Shown in pieces: positions 27,431-40,252 of a DNA stretch of 64,000 bases. Under the pieces are notes generated by a model. That model was not told the origin of the DNA, did no database searches, and saw nothing but the letters and a program-made list of their open reading frames with translations. A program made the translations under genes and the position numbers. This DNA is from Lytechinus pictus (lineage: Eukaryota), in contig NC_087245.1 of the NCBI RefSeq assembly GCF_037042905.1, positions 13,766,001 to 13,830,000 of the forward strand. Direction: 5' to 3'. Position 1 is the stretch's first letter. Each line of letters opens with the position of its first letter.

Positions 27431-29103
27431 ATAATAATCCATAACTTTGAGATTTTAAGTAAATGTGCGGCATTTTACTTAGGATTTCTGTTTGAAAATA
27501 AAATTAAGAGAATTAGTAACAAATTATTTTGTTACATAAAAGGATGAAAATATTTTTCTTTTGATTTCAATGAACAGTGGGTAACAATCTCACCACCACG
27601 GAAGTATAGGGCAGTATATAATGTTTTATAACCTATGCTCCATAAATCATTAGATTTTTTTATTCCATTAATACCAGTCTCTAAGGCTATTTCAATGGTA
27701 ACTTCATGTAAGAAAAATCAACAAAAATGCATTTTTGTGCAAAATCTCAAACCTCAACAAAATGAAAATAAACCCACACAGAAATGGATTGGTACAAGGG
27801 TATTCACTATTCAGTGCATGCTCTGACATGTTAACAAGTAAGGTCCTATTTGAATTTCACTGAAAACAGCTGGGTAAAGGTAAAACCTGTATCTGTTTGC
27901 TTACAGTGCATTAAATGTAATGCAGTGTTGCCAGGACCAGAGAGACAAACTTATTGCAATTCTGAGGAATCATTGTACCTTGTAATTAAATCTTTGCCTG
28001 CTTTGTTAGACTGGAGTCACATACAGCAGACTGCCAAGTTCGACTCAAGTCACAATCTATTCACAATACACACAGAGTGTAACGAGTCTATTGTACATGT
28101 GATGTGTGCTTCGCATTATAATGTGTACACACAAAGCTTTTCTTTACAATAAACCAAATCAAAAGCTATTGTGAGCTGAATTAGGCATTGTCTATGTAAA
28201 AACCTCAAGATTGCACCTTGAAATTAATGTGGCACAGGAGTGATTCTGTCCGTGGCGGGCAGAGTTAAATATCAATAATTCATATGGAAAATACATGTAC
28301 AGTATAAACAAACTGAACATATCAGGCCTCTGTGATCCTGTATCCAATTCTGGAATTGGGTGATTCAGATCCAGTGTTTATGTTGGATGTAGTCATTGAT
28401 TTTACTGAAGTGATGAAGCCAAAAGGCACTTTCAAGAGTATGATCGGCTCCAAGAGACTCTTTACGTAATAGCAGAACTGACATCACCCGTAATTTGTTA
28501 CCATCGGCAAGAATGAATACAGTTTAATAATACAAAGTTTTGTGAAAGGTTTGAACATGTAAAAAAGGCGAGGGGTCTACAACAGTATTGAAAAAATGAG
28601 TGTTGAGGTACAGTATGGTATAAAGGCTCTGTGGCTTTCTGTTTTCTTTCACTCCTCTGCAAATGAAAGCAGTTGAAAATGTCTTTTTGACTGGATTGAA
28701 TCTACTTTTAATACAGTACTTGATCCACCCATCCCTGTCTTTAGAAAAAAAGCATACAGCCAATAGGGGTCGAACAAAGAAGGGGGTTTTCAGTTAAAAT
28801 TCAACATATAGCGCTTTTATGTTTCAATTGCGCTTCATACTTTTACTGTGGCTTTAGCACGGCTACCCTAAATGGGCTGCTCAAGCATTTGATCTTTCAC
28901 TTTAGTGATAACTTTACACTTTCTCACAAATAAGTTCCAAGGAAGTATACCTCCTGATTAGTCAAGCATAAATATTGTCACCATCATTGTCATTTTGCTT
29001 ATCACTTTTTGTTTGTTTCTTTTATTATCAGGTTGAATTTAGAAGAAAGAGATCGGCAATATTTTGAGTTGTCCTGGTCGAGTTCATTCTCCTGTTGCAT
29101 AGC

Positions 29104-29223
29104 ATGGCGAATCTTACAGCCGCCTCTGGATTTTTGAAGAACACTTGGTCTCTCCCTCGCTATCTTGCTAACAAGTCTAGGTTCCTCACAACAAGTTCTT
29201 GTCTTCAGAAAGAGAAGAAACAG
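29104..29223 (+). CDS. CPS1: CPS coding exon 1 (mitochondrial transit peptide-like)
   Basis: MANLTAASGFLKNTWSLPRYLANKSRFLTTSSCLQKEKKQ: rich in Ser/Thr/Arg/Lys with almost no acidic residues. Phase-0 donor cag|gtac matches the next exon. Confidence 0.8.
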
Positions 29224-29403
29224 GTACAAAGTATGAATACATTCATTACAGGGATTGTTATTGCTTTTCATATGTAATTAGAACTATTTTATGCCTCTGC
29301 CCACTGTGGATGGTTGCCAGTCACATGTTTTCTGATAATTTTTCTGTCTGTCCAGTTTTCATTCTTGTGATAACTAAAGAACCGTTTGACAGATCAGCAT
29401 AAC

Positions 29404-30353
29404 CAGGGCTCGACACTAGCGCCGGTCCGACGGTCCCAGACCGGTAAAAATCGCTGCCGGGCCAGTAGATTTTCAGAAATAGCAAGATTTACTGGTCCGA
29501 CATGACCAGTAAAAAATATCATTTTCGGGCCAGTAATTTTTCCAAAAATAGCAAGATTTATGGGTCTGACATGACCAGTAATAAGAACCATTGTTGGGCC
29601 AGTAACTTTTCCAGAAATGGTCAAATTCACTGGTCCAACACAAACATAAAAAATATTCCATGACTCAAATTGCAAACCATTTTCCTCCCGTTAAATTCTG
29701 CCATTCACACACAGAATACACACAGAATGAATAGCATGCAATTTTTACTAGGGTAACATACAGTGTACATGTATACCTAGCCGGCCAGCCACACAGCCCA
29801 CATGGTAAATTTTCTACAGGCTGCACGAACGAAGCTTGGCTAACCTCTGGCAGAAATCTCTAACAGAACTGTCAAAATTAACATTTCACAGTAATGAAAA
29901 GCTCTTATAATGTCCATATTTCCTAAAAAGTGAGGTAACTATGTCATTTGTAAGCAGTAAAAGGAGAAATTTTCACTTCTGTTTTAGTTCAAACAGATCT
30001 GGTTTCGAGTGATATCGTCTGAAAACATGATAGCCCCACATATGCATTTGTGTGTGTGTTGATACACTGGGTTCTTTCGTAGTTATATTTTGATTGAGCC
30101 AAAAAGAAACTGATTATTTATGATGATAGTTTTAGCTTTCTTCCTCTGTTTTCTTTCTATCTTTCTATCCTTTATTTCTTTGTTTCTTCCCTCTAATCTT
30201 TCAATTTTTTACTGTCTTTCTTTTATAATTTTCCCTATTTTCTTTGTCTTTCATTCTTTCTGTCCTTTAAAAAAAAAAATTTCTCTATTTTTTTTTTTTC
30301 TTTTTTTTCTTTCTTTCTTTAATTCTTGAGTCCATCCATCCTATATTTATCTC

Positions 30354-30384
<31 letters not shown>

Positions 30385-31403
30385 CTTCCTTCTTTTTACC
30401 CTTTCTTTCCTTCATTCTTTATTACTTTCTTTGTTTTCTTCCATCCATCCTTTCTTTACCCTTTCTTGTTTTTTATTTCTTCCTTCTTTCAGCCCTTTCT
30501 CTTTTTCTTTTAGTTTCATTCCTTCCTTCCTTCCTTCTTTCTGTCTTTTGTTCTTTCTTTCTTTTTCCCCTTCGTTCCATCTATCCTTTTACCTTTTCTT
30601 TCTTTCTTTTTTTACTGCTTGCTTCCTTTCTTTCACTTCTTCTTTCTTTCCTTCCTTTCTTTGTCTTTCGGTCTTGCTTTCATCTATTCTTTTACATTTT
30701 CTTTCTTTTTTTATATTGCTTGCTTGCTTGCTTCCATCTTTCCTTCATTCATTTCTTTCCTTCATTCTTTTTTCCTTCTATCTATCATTTTTCCTTTTCT
30801 TTATTTCTTCCTTAATTCCTCTCTTCCTTCTTTCAATCCTTTGTTCCTTCCTTACTTTCTTTTTCTTTTTTCCTTCTTTCCATCTCTCCTTTTGCCCTTT
30901 CTTTTTTCATTGCTTTTTTCTTTTTTTCTTTCATTACTTTCTGTCTTGTTCTTTCTTTCTTTCTTTATTGCTTGCTTTATTTCTTTCCTTCTTTCTTTCT
31001 TTCTTTCTTTCCTTCATTCCTTTATTTCTTTTGTTCTTTCTTTCTTATTTTGTTTTTCTTTCCTTCCTTCCTTTCCTTCTTTCTTTAGTTCTTTCTTTTT
31101 CCTTCCTTCACAGCTATCCTTTCTTTACCTTTTATTTTTTCTTCCTTTCTTTTATTCTTTGTTTCTTTCTGTCTTGCTTTCTTTTTTTACTTCCATTCCT
31201 TCATTTTTTTTTTTTTTGGGGGGGGGGGGGGTAACAAGAAAGGACAGCAAAATAAACTTGCGCCTTTTTAAAATGTTTTCTTTATTTTTTTGGGACCAGT
31301 AGATTTTAGGTTCGGACCAGTAAAAAATGGAAAAACTGGGTATCTACTGGTCCGACATGAATAGGTTGGACCAGTAGAAAAAAAGGGTTAGTGTGGAGCC
31401 CTG
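29404..31403. mobile_element. hAT-like non-autonomous element with a 7-bp TSD, carrying a long polypyrimidine tract
   Basis: TIR CAGGGCTCGACACTA / TAGTGTGGAGCCCTG; flanks GCATAAC on both sides; many subterminal CCAGTA/TACTGG motifs. Confidence 0.85.
30135..31216. repeat. ~1.1-kb degenerate (TTTC/TTCC)n polypyrimidine tract
   Basis: Direct inspection. Confidence 0.95.
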
Positions 31404-31896
31404 GCATAACAATTGGTCAATGTATGCATACCAGTAAGTATAACAGTGGCAATGTCTGATCTAATTTGATCAGGGGGTCCAAAAATGCCAATACTAAAAC
31501 AATGAAACATGAATGCCTTTTATGGCAACAATCTAAAAATGAGTTAGAACAGAATCCAATAAAATGACCAGTGTTTATATTTATGAATAAAAAAAATGTG
31601 GTGGAAAATGTGTGATTGCTGAGAAATTGACAAAACAAGCTTGGTACTCCAGTCAGATGTAATTTTTTCCCCAAGCAATCATTATACACTGTCTCACATG
31701 TGTTTATCTTTGTTGGTGATCTTCAGTGTTGTCATTTTTAGCTAAGAATTCATGATTTCACAGAGTTGGGTTTATGTATAGATCTAGATCCACCATGATG
31801 TGGTGTCAAGTGACCTTGATTTTGAAGACTTTCTCATGAAATCAGTATTTACTGAAACTACTAGTAATTTGCTTCAACTGTTATTATTTTTTACAG

Positions 31897-32006
31897 CCTA
31901 CTTCAGCCCATTTGATTCTCCAGGATGGTACAACATTCACTGGTTATTCCTTTGGTCATCATAAATCAGTAGCTGGAGAGCTTGTCTTCAACACAGGTCT
32001 TGTTGG
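31897..32006 (+). CDS. CPS1: CPS coding exon 2
   Basis: [37 protein letters not shown]; ttacag| ... |gtaag. Confidence 0.93.
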
Positions 32007-32188
32007 GTAAGAAACATCAGATCTTGAACATTCTCAGTCATTTATCTTTCTTATTGAAAATTATTTCAAATTCTAAAGCCTTATTGATTATGAAAATATC
32101 ACTGTTTTACTGCAAGAAAAATTATATACATACTGTGTTACTGCAAGAAAATTGTATATAAATCTTTTGTTATTGTTTCATTGAGCAG

Positions 32189-32333
32189 GTACCCTGAATC
32201 ACTGACGGATCCAAGCTACAGAGGTCAAATCTTGACCTTGACCTATCCCATTGTTGGTAACTATGGAGTACCAGACACCAAGGCTGTGGACCAACATGGT
32301 CTCATGAAGCATGTGGAATCAGATAAGATACAG
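32189..32333 (+). CDS. CPS1: CPS coding exon 3
   Basis: [26 protein letters not shown]...ESDKIQ; AG/GT ends. Confidence 0.95.
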
Positions 32334-32555
32334 GTAGGGCTAACTATTATTCACTCATGTTAGATATAAAATAGAATAGAATGTGAAGGTTTGGTTGGAT
32401 TGGATTGGATTGGACAAATATACCAGACTTATATATAGTATTGTAAAGCAAATATGTGATGGGACAAGCTACATATATGTGTATTAATTTTGATGCGATA
32501 TGAATATTGCTATCTTCTTGAAGTGAAGCTGAGGAAAGATAGCATTTACATTTAA

Positions 32556-33308
32556 CCCTAAAAAGACTGGGGGGGGGGCTGATTCAGCCCCCCCCTCGAC
32601 ATTTTTCGCGATAAATCCGCCGTGCGAAATTTTTTGACCACGTCGCTCGCTGACTTTTTACCTTCAAGTCTCGCGCAACTTTTGAGACCAAAATTGTAAC
32701 CCTAGGGTATGCGGTTCTGAAATTACGCAACATTTCGTAAGTGCATGCAGACCCAAAATTACTCAAAAACGTGAATTTGTGTACAAATCCAATGCAAATA
32801 GTGTTTTTAACCAAAATTCATAAATGTATCATTATTTTTCCTTTTACTGCTTAAAATCAATTAATTTTATCTTTTTTATGGTCAAAATAAAGTCCCCGAC
32901 AATTTCCATTGAAAAAACAATAAAAAACAAAAAGTCGAAAAACAACGAAATACATAAGAAATTTAGAAAACAATAGAATACATAAGAAAATAAATGTGAT
33001 GTTGAAAATTTTGAAAAATAAATTTGATCAGATGCCTATCTAGAGTATGTGAAACAAAAATTAGCATTTTAGGGGCATTATTTTATTAATTAGAGCAAAC
33101 TTATGATTTTACGCATAAATTAGCATAATTAATGAGCAATGAGATATTTCGCAGAATTTGATATTATAGTTTTGTAGATAATGCCATGGGTAACGCGCGT
33201 GCCAATTTTCATCGCAATCGCGCGATCGACGGCCGAGATCATAAGGGGGGGCTGAATCAGCCCCCCCCCAGTCTTCTTAGGCGTCGAAATAGCCCAGTCT
33301 ATTTAGGG
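32556..33308. mobile_element. Non-autonomous piggyBac-type element
   Basis: TTAA|CCCTAAAAAGACTGGG ... CCCAGTCTATTTAGGG|TTAA, plus internal inverted repeats GGGGGCTGATTCAGCCCCC / GGGGGCTGAATCAGCCCCC. Confidence 0.9.
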
Positions 33309-33594
33309 TTAAACTGCAGAGGAGATGAAGTTTGTTACATCCACTGAAACCAATACATGTAAGGTGTTCATTTCCTTTATGTTCCACATCTGAAATGATA
33401 GAGAGAAACAATGGTCCATTTTCTGTTTGATAGTATCAATGTTTGACCCCTCATTGGTTTGGGATATCTGTTTGCTTAAATTGCTTGATATTGGATGTTT
33501 CCTTCATTTATGGGCATTGGTACTATATTCTTGTTAAAGCTTATTATGGTCAAGCTAGTACACAGTGCAACTGCAACAAACTTATCTAAGATAG

Positions 33595-34812
33595 CAGGCC
33601 TCTACAAAAAAAAATTTGTCACTTGCCCTGTCGGGCAAGTGATGAAAAAATTTGCTTGCCTGATAGAAAAAACTGCTTGCCCAATTTGTTTCATAATTTT
33701 ATTATGACAGCACATACTCTTATTTTTAAAGGTCATACAAAATAACAATAATTGAGAATCATGTATAGTATAAAAGAACACACATTTAAAAGTTTACGTT
33801 TATTTTGAAAAAACTTTTCGCTATTTATAAATGGGCGTTTAAGAAAAAAAAAAAACCTTCACCAAAAGTTGCTAAAATTTCACATTTTGCATCTTTAAAT
33901 CCACGAAATGGTTATCTGTTTGCCAAATTTCCTTAGAATTGTTTCGATTTAGTTGGAAGCTATAAATAAAGCCAGTGAAAAATATTCAGCTCTTTATTGA
34001 CTCTGAAAAAGATCGTTTTATGATGTAAAAAAAAAAAAAAAAAAAAAAAAGTGGAGTGACTAAAATTTCACATTTTGCATCTTTAAATCCATGAAATGGT
34101 CATTTATTTTTCATATTTCCTTGAATTTTTTAAAAATTTGTTGGAAACTATCAATAAAATTAAGAATATTCACCACTCTCTTTGTCTTTTCTTCATCATT
34201 TTATGATGTTACGCTCGGTCAATTTTTTTTATATTGTAGTCCCACATGTAGACTTTCATGTTCTTTTTCATGGTGTTGCAACAATAACAGAATACGATCG
34301 ACCGAGTGTAATCAGAGTCAAGAAAGAGCTGAATATTCTTCATTTTTTCAGTAGTTTCCAACTAAATCAAAACAATTTCAAGGTAATATGGAAAATAGAT
34401 GGCCATTTCATGGATTTTTGCAAAATGTGAAATTTTAGCCACTTTTTTTTTTTTTTTTTTTTTGGGGGGGGTTTGCATCAGCAAATTGCGCAAGATGGTA
34501 GCGCATGCGCAGTCATTGCACACATAGAACGTAAGATGCGATGGCACGGTTTTTCGAACGAGGTACCTGGCGATAAATTATTGGTAATTGGCGCTGATTT
34601 TACATCAGTTTCCACTATTTTTTTTACTGGTTTGACATAATGTGAGAGATAGTTACTTGTGATTATCCAAAAGATAGTGAAATTTAGATGGTCTACTGAT
34701 ATTTTATTATTTTATTTCCAAAACAACCACTTGCCCGATCAGGCAATTGACTTTGAGAAATGCTTGCACATTATTTTCACTTGCCCCGGGCAAGCGGGTT
34801 TGTCACGCCCTG
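33595..34812. mobile_element. hAT-like non-autonomous element with a 7-bp TSD
   Basis: CAGGCCTCTACA ... TGTCACGCCCTG; flanks AAGATAG on both sides; subterminal CTTGCCC/GGGCAAG motifs at both ends. Confidence 0.8.
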
Positions 34813-35407
34813 AAGATAGTACTTAATGCAGTAAATTTTCATTTTGCGCATACTATAGATAATAAGATTTGCTGTGACTCAATACATCAAACCTTTTATA
34901 ACGATCAGTGAAATGCACAAAACTACCTTGTGTTTGATCACATGATTCACTGTAGAGTTATGATCAATCAACAGTTATCATTGTGGCAAAGTGTAAAACG
35001 AGAGTACCGGTAAATGAATAAACTGTCACATAAAGTAATCAAACACAGGTGATAATTCGGCTGCAACTGCTTGCCTTCAAATTATTGTTGAGTTATGATC
35101 AGTTTCTCCAAAGCTTTTAAGAAGAAACAATTATGGGCATAGATATGTGACCCCCCCCCCCCCCTTGAGGGAGGGAGGGAGGGGGGGAGGTCACACAATG
35201 AATCATCCGTTCCTCTAAATATGTGTATATGTGCCAACAAAACAAACCAATTTCTCTTTAATTTCAATGAGACTGGGCATTCCATCTTAAATTCAAGAAG
35301 TGGATCTTTGGGTGTTGCGTGTGTCTTTCTAGAAACTAGAGGAAGGGAGCAAGACCCTTCACAATTAAATGATTTTGAGTGAACTCCTATTTTCTCTCTT
35401 ATTACAG

Positions 35408-35554
35408 GCTACAGGCCTATTGGTCCAGGACTACTCCTACCACTACAGCCACTGGAACTCTGTCAAGTCCCTCTCTGAATGGCTGAAAGAGGAAGAGGTT
35501 CCGGCTGTCTATGGCATTGACACCAGGATGCTCACCAAGAAAGTCAGAGATAAG
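35408..35554 (+). CDS. CPS1: CPS coding exon 4
   Basis: [10 protein letters not shown]...[18 protein letters not shown] ends. Confidence 0.93.
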
Positions 35555-35648
35555 GTATAACCTACATGCCCCAATTATTAGACTTTTCAAGCATTATTTT
35601 GCAAAAATCCGCTGGAATTTAGTAAAATATGTATTAACCCTAGATATA

Positions 35649-35881
35649 CAGTGGTGCTAAAAAGTAAGTGAACCCCACCAGAAAATGAAAATGAACAAAG
35701 GTATAAATGTTCAAGTTCTGCCATGTTATAGATATTTAAATATGAAGTCAGGTGATAAAATATTACATTCAATAAAGTTGGTTTCTCTGGGCTCGCCTGA
35801 GATTGTAGTGTTCTTGTCCATATTCAACACTCAGCATGGAGGATTGCATTTTGTGGTAAGGTTCACTTTCTAGCTCCATTG
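35649..35881. mobile_element. Tc1-like MITE
   Basis: TA|CAGTGGTGCTAAAAAGTAAGTGAACC ... GGTTCACTTTCTAGCTCCATTG|TA. Confidence 0.7.
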
Positions 35882-35920
35882 TATTTGTGAAACCTAAATT
35901 GATAAAAAGAAGTAAAAATA

Positions 35921-36245
35921 TATAATTACTCACCAAAGTTGGTGATAAAAAATATACAAAATATGCTAATGTCTTGTAATATTTATTATGTGCATTATTG
36001 TGGGTATAAAGCTTCCATCTTTGTTGTTGCATAGAAGGTCTATTTTATGTAATGATCTAGATACATGAATAATGTAAAAGGTGATTTGCCCAGTATGTCA
36101 GTATGCTGATGATAGTGAAATAGAAATGGGTTCCTAATAGAGCATCTGTTTGATGTTAACTTTGTAACCTTTTAATGTTACCTAATTAGTATTAGCAAGA
36201 CAATGATTTGTCTTATTTTAATCACCAACTTTGGTGAGTAATTAT
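35921..36245. repeat. ~30-bp inverted repeat pair, probably a MITE
   Basis: TATAATTACTCACCAAAGTTGGTGATAAAA / TTTTAATCACCAACTTTGGTGAGTAATTAT. Confidence 0.6.
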
Positions 36246-36441
36246 TTATTATGAATTGAAAATATATATACAAATACAAATGCAAATCCTAATTTGAATG
36301 ACGGTCAAAGACCATTTAATGAAAGTGGGTCCTGAATAACCTGAGGGTTTCACACATAGAAATAAGCAGTGAAATAGAGTACTCTCATGAAGAGGTAATA
36401 TGAGCAGACATGTTATGATATCTTCTTTCCTTCTCCCTCAG

Positions 36442-36624
36442 GGTACCATTCTTTGCAAGATAGAATTTGATGGTGATCCCATAGAGTTTGATAACCCCAA
36501 TGAAAGGAATCTGATGTCAGAGGTATCTACAAAGGAGGTGAAGATCTATGGCAAGGGGAATCCCCATAAGATTGTCACTGTTGATTGTGGTATCAAGCAC
36601 AACATCATCCGCAGCCTAGTCAAG
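36442..36624 (+). CDS. CPS1: CPS coding exon 5
   Basis: GTILCKIEFDG...VDCGIKHNIIRSLVK; AG/GT ends. Confidence 0.95.
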
Positions 36625-37026
36625 GTAGGTCCCCATTGAATGTATAAGCTTGCGCATATGTTTTTTTTAAATATTGATTATCATTGTGGAGAAGTGTATA
36701 TATGTAATTACTCCACTACGCTTTTGAATCTTAATTACACAGATAATACATTGGACAGTGGCAACCTCATCCTAAGGCAGCAAATACTGCCATTGCACGC
36801 ATGATTTTGTTGCTTTGTTTACATTTGCTGTGCATGTGATGATTGCCTCGTGGTCGGGCAGCGAATGCTCATACCATAGATTGCTTGCATTGCCTATGGA
36901 AAATTCTTGCATGAAATCATATCCAGGCACGTGTGCAAAACAGGTTTCTTTTTAAGTTATTTTTCCATGTTTCCACGCAACAAAGAAATCACCGTATTTT
37001 AGGATTGTTACTTGGGCGCTGATCAG

Positions 37027-37785
37027 TTTTTGTCTCACCTGCGAAGCAGAGTGAGACTATAGGCGCCGCTTTTCCGACGGCCGCGGCGTCAACACCAAAT
37101 GTCAAACACCAAATTTGAAATGACAGCATAACTTAGAAAGTATATAGACCTAGTTAATGAAACTTGGCCATAAGGTTAATCACGTATTACTGAACATCCT
37201 GCCTGAGTTTTGGGTCACATGACCAAGGTCAAAGGTCATTTAGGGTCAATGAACTTAGACCATGTTTGGGGAATCAACATCAAAATCTTAACCTAAGGTT
37301 AAGTTTTTGAAATGTCATCCTAACTTAGAAAGTATATGGACCTAGTTCATGAAACTTGGCCATAAGGTTATTCGAGTATTACTTAACATCCTGCCTTAGT
37401 TTCAAGTCACAAGACCAAGGTCAAAGGTCATTTAGGGTCAATGAACTTTGGCCAAGTTGGGGGTATCTGTTGAATCACCATCATAACTTTAAAAGTTTAT
37501 GGATCTGATTCATGAAACTTGTATAAGAGTAATCAAGTATCATTGAACATCCTGTGCGAGTTTCAGGTCACATGACCAAAGTCAAAGGTCATTTAAGGTC
37601 ATTGAACTTTGGCCATTTTGGAGGTAATTATTAGATTGCTATCATAACTTTCAAAGTTTATAGATGTAGTTTATAAAATGTGGATATAGGGGTAATCAAG
37701 TATCACTGACAAGTCTTAGGTTGCATGATCAAGGTCAAATGTCATTTATTGTCAATGAACGTAGTAGTACTTTGTATCATTATAT
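37027..37785 (+). mobile_element. Element with four tandem 150-190-bp core repeats (Helentron-associated / Tsp-pearl-like architecture)
   Basis: Head ttttgtctcacc..gtgagact.. followed by repeats containing GGTCAAAGGTCA or variants at ~37227, 37419, 37580 and 37733. Family assignment is from recollection of the architecture. Confidence 0.6.
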
Positions 37786-38368
37786 TCTGATCCAAGTAGT
37801 TCTTGAATGATACTTATTGCAAATTCCTTTCATGTTTTCATATATTATTCATATTGAAATATTCATATTCACTTGTGTTCACATCATTGTACTTCATGAA
37901 TAATACATAAAAGTAAAAGTTACAGTTGGTATGTGCTTACAGTAGTAAATCATGCAATAATGATAAAAGAAATAAAAAGAAACTAAAATGCAGTATATTA
38001 TTAAAGGACATTATAAGTAGTTTTGTTTCAATCATCTGTCTTGTGTATTCAAATGTCCATTTGGAAGCTTTTTATAAAATTTTCTTTCAATGGATGGAGG
38101 GGAGGGGTATGAATTAAAATTTTTGTATTTTGCTATCAATTAGTGAAAACAAGAAGAATTGCAATGAAATTATTAATGGAACCTGATTTTGATTACAGAT
38201 TAGTGTTTGATTTTCTTGTGCATGAAAAGGATCCCATAACTTTTCTAAAGATATTGAATGCATTTCTCCTCTTTGCCTCCCTTTGTACTATTCATAAGTG
38301 CTTATCTTTATACCTGCTTTCATACTCTGATGTTAAATTTTTGAAATCAATTGTAATGTTTTGCACAG

Positions 38369-38497
38369 AGAGGCGCTGAAGTCCATCTTGTACCATGGGA
38401 CTATGACTATAATCAGATTGAATATGACGGTCTCTTCATATCTAATGGTCCTGGAGATCCTGCCCTTGCCACTGCTGCTATAGACAACCTCAAACAG
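38369..38497 (+). CDS. CPS1: CPS coding exon 6 (followed by a GC donor)
   Basis: RGAEVHLVPWDYDYNQIEYDGLFISNGPGDPALATAAIDNLKQ; donor CAG|gcaagt. Confidence 0.9.
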
Positions 38498-39160
38498 GCA
38501 AGTATCAAAGGCCCTGTTTTAATGAAAATAGCCTTTGATAGTAAGTTTTTAGCTACTGCTGTTGTGGACAACCTCAAAAGGTAATGATAAAGGCCCTGTT
38601 TTGCTGAGAATTGATGTTGATGGTAAGTCATTAGCTAATGCTGTGCTAGAGAACCTCAAACATGTAAGTATTGAAGGCCCCATTTAAGTGAAAGTAGCCA
38701 TTGGTGGTAAGTTTTTAGCTACTGCTGTTGTGGACAACCTCAAAAGGTAATGATAAAGGCCCTGTTTTCATGAAAATTGATATTGATGGTAAGTTATTAG
38801 CTAATGCTGTGCTAGAGAACCTCAAACATGTAAGTATTGAAGGCCCCATTTAAGTGAAAGTAGCCATTGGTGGTAAGTTTTTAGCTACTGCTGTTGTGGA
38901 CAACCTCAAAAGGTAATGATAAAGGCACTGTTTTCATGAAAATTGATATTGATAGTAAGTTATTAGCTAATGCTGTGCTAGAGAACCTCAAACATGTAAG
39001 TATTGAAGGCCCCATTTAAGTGAAAGTAGCCATTGGTGGTAAGTTTTTAGCTACTGCTGTTGTGGACAACCTCAAAAGGTAATGATAAAGGCCCTGTTTT
39101 CATGAGAATTGATGTTGATGTAAGTTATTAACTAATGCTATGATAAACAACCTGAAACAT
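38470..39160 (+). repeat. 83-bp tandem repeat (166-bp A/B dimer) derived from the exon 6 end and its donor
   Basis: CAACCTCAAAAG|GTAATG ends at 38580, 38746, 38912 and 39078, alternating with GAACCTCAAACAT|GTAAGT units; the first unit overlaps the real exon end at 38497. Confidence 0.95.
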
Positions 39161-39553
39161 TTATTATATACCAAAGGCCTTCATGTAAGTTACTATCCAT
39201 GGTAAGTTGTAACTTTCTGTAATAATGTGATTTTAGTGAGTAAGTGAGAGTGCAAATATATACAAGCCAGCAAATCAAATATATGAAAGAAAAAATAAAG
39301 AGAAAGTCATTTCATGCTTGTGAAAAATGTTTTATAGTCTTGCTTTACAATGATCCTGGATTGCATTTTTACTTTGAGCAGTTTAAGTTTGTCATATTTA
39401 ATTATTTTTGTATTGTCTTGTATTGATTGTATGTTTGGTAGTCTTGTATTGCAGCATCTACTGAACATGTCACATTTTGATATAGTAGTGATTATGATTT
39501 ACATTACGCTTGCAATAAAAGTGTTATTGTTTTTGCTGTGTTTTATCTCATAG

Positions 39554-39660
39554 GTATTGGCTCAGGAGAATCCTAACCCCTTGTTTGGTATCTGTATGGG
39601 CAATCAGTTGACTGGCTTAGCAGCAGGTGCCCCATCCTACAAATTGCCTCTTGGTAACAG
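39554..39660 (+). CDS. CPS1: CPS coding exon 7 (glutaminase nucleophile Cys)
   Basis: VLAQENPNPLFGICMGNQLTGLAAGAPSYKLPLGNR; Cys codon TGT at 39593-39595. Confidence 0.95.
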
Positions 39661-40110
39661 GTGTGATTACAATCATTCTATTAGCTACAAATATTTTGCA
39701 TTGGTTTATTTATTGCAATTTATTTTTCTCAACTAGCAAGGAAATGTCACTTCTCGACATTTATGCATGTACAAATATATGAAAAATCAGCAAAAACATG
39801 AAAATATGGTCTCCTAAATTTCACATGTTGGAGCAAAGTCAGAAATTATTAGTCTTTAGAGATATGTTGTACATGTACTTTTGTTAGGGTTTCATTTTCA
39901 ATGATAATTGTAGTGGAGAATCAAATTAATTTTTGTTACCACACAATGTTCTCATTAGCATTCTTTGGCCAAAATGTTAGAATACTTTGTTATAAGTACT
40001 GTTGAATTATACTAATTGATGACTTTATCCACTTTTTTTTGTGTGTGTGATTTTCATTATTTTGCCACTTCTGTAATGAAAGGAAACAAAATGAATACTT
40101 TGTTACACAG

Positions 40111-40252
40111 GGGTCACAACCAACCAGTTATCAATGTGTTGAGTGGTCAGGCATTTATTACATCTCAGAACCATGGCTTTGCTATAGACGGTGACAAATT
40201 ACCCCCAGAATGGACACCAGTCTTCATCAATGCCAATGATAATACTAATGAG
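40111..40252 (+). CDS. CPS1: CPS coding exon 8
   Basis: [24 protein letters not shown]...NANDNTNE. Confidence 0.95.

Noticed and set aside
30326..31302. 302-aa and 227-aa Phe/Leu/Ser-rich ORFs
   Set aside because: Artefacts of the polypyrimidine tract, which lacks stop codons
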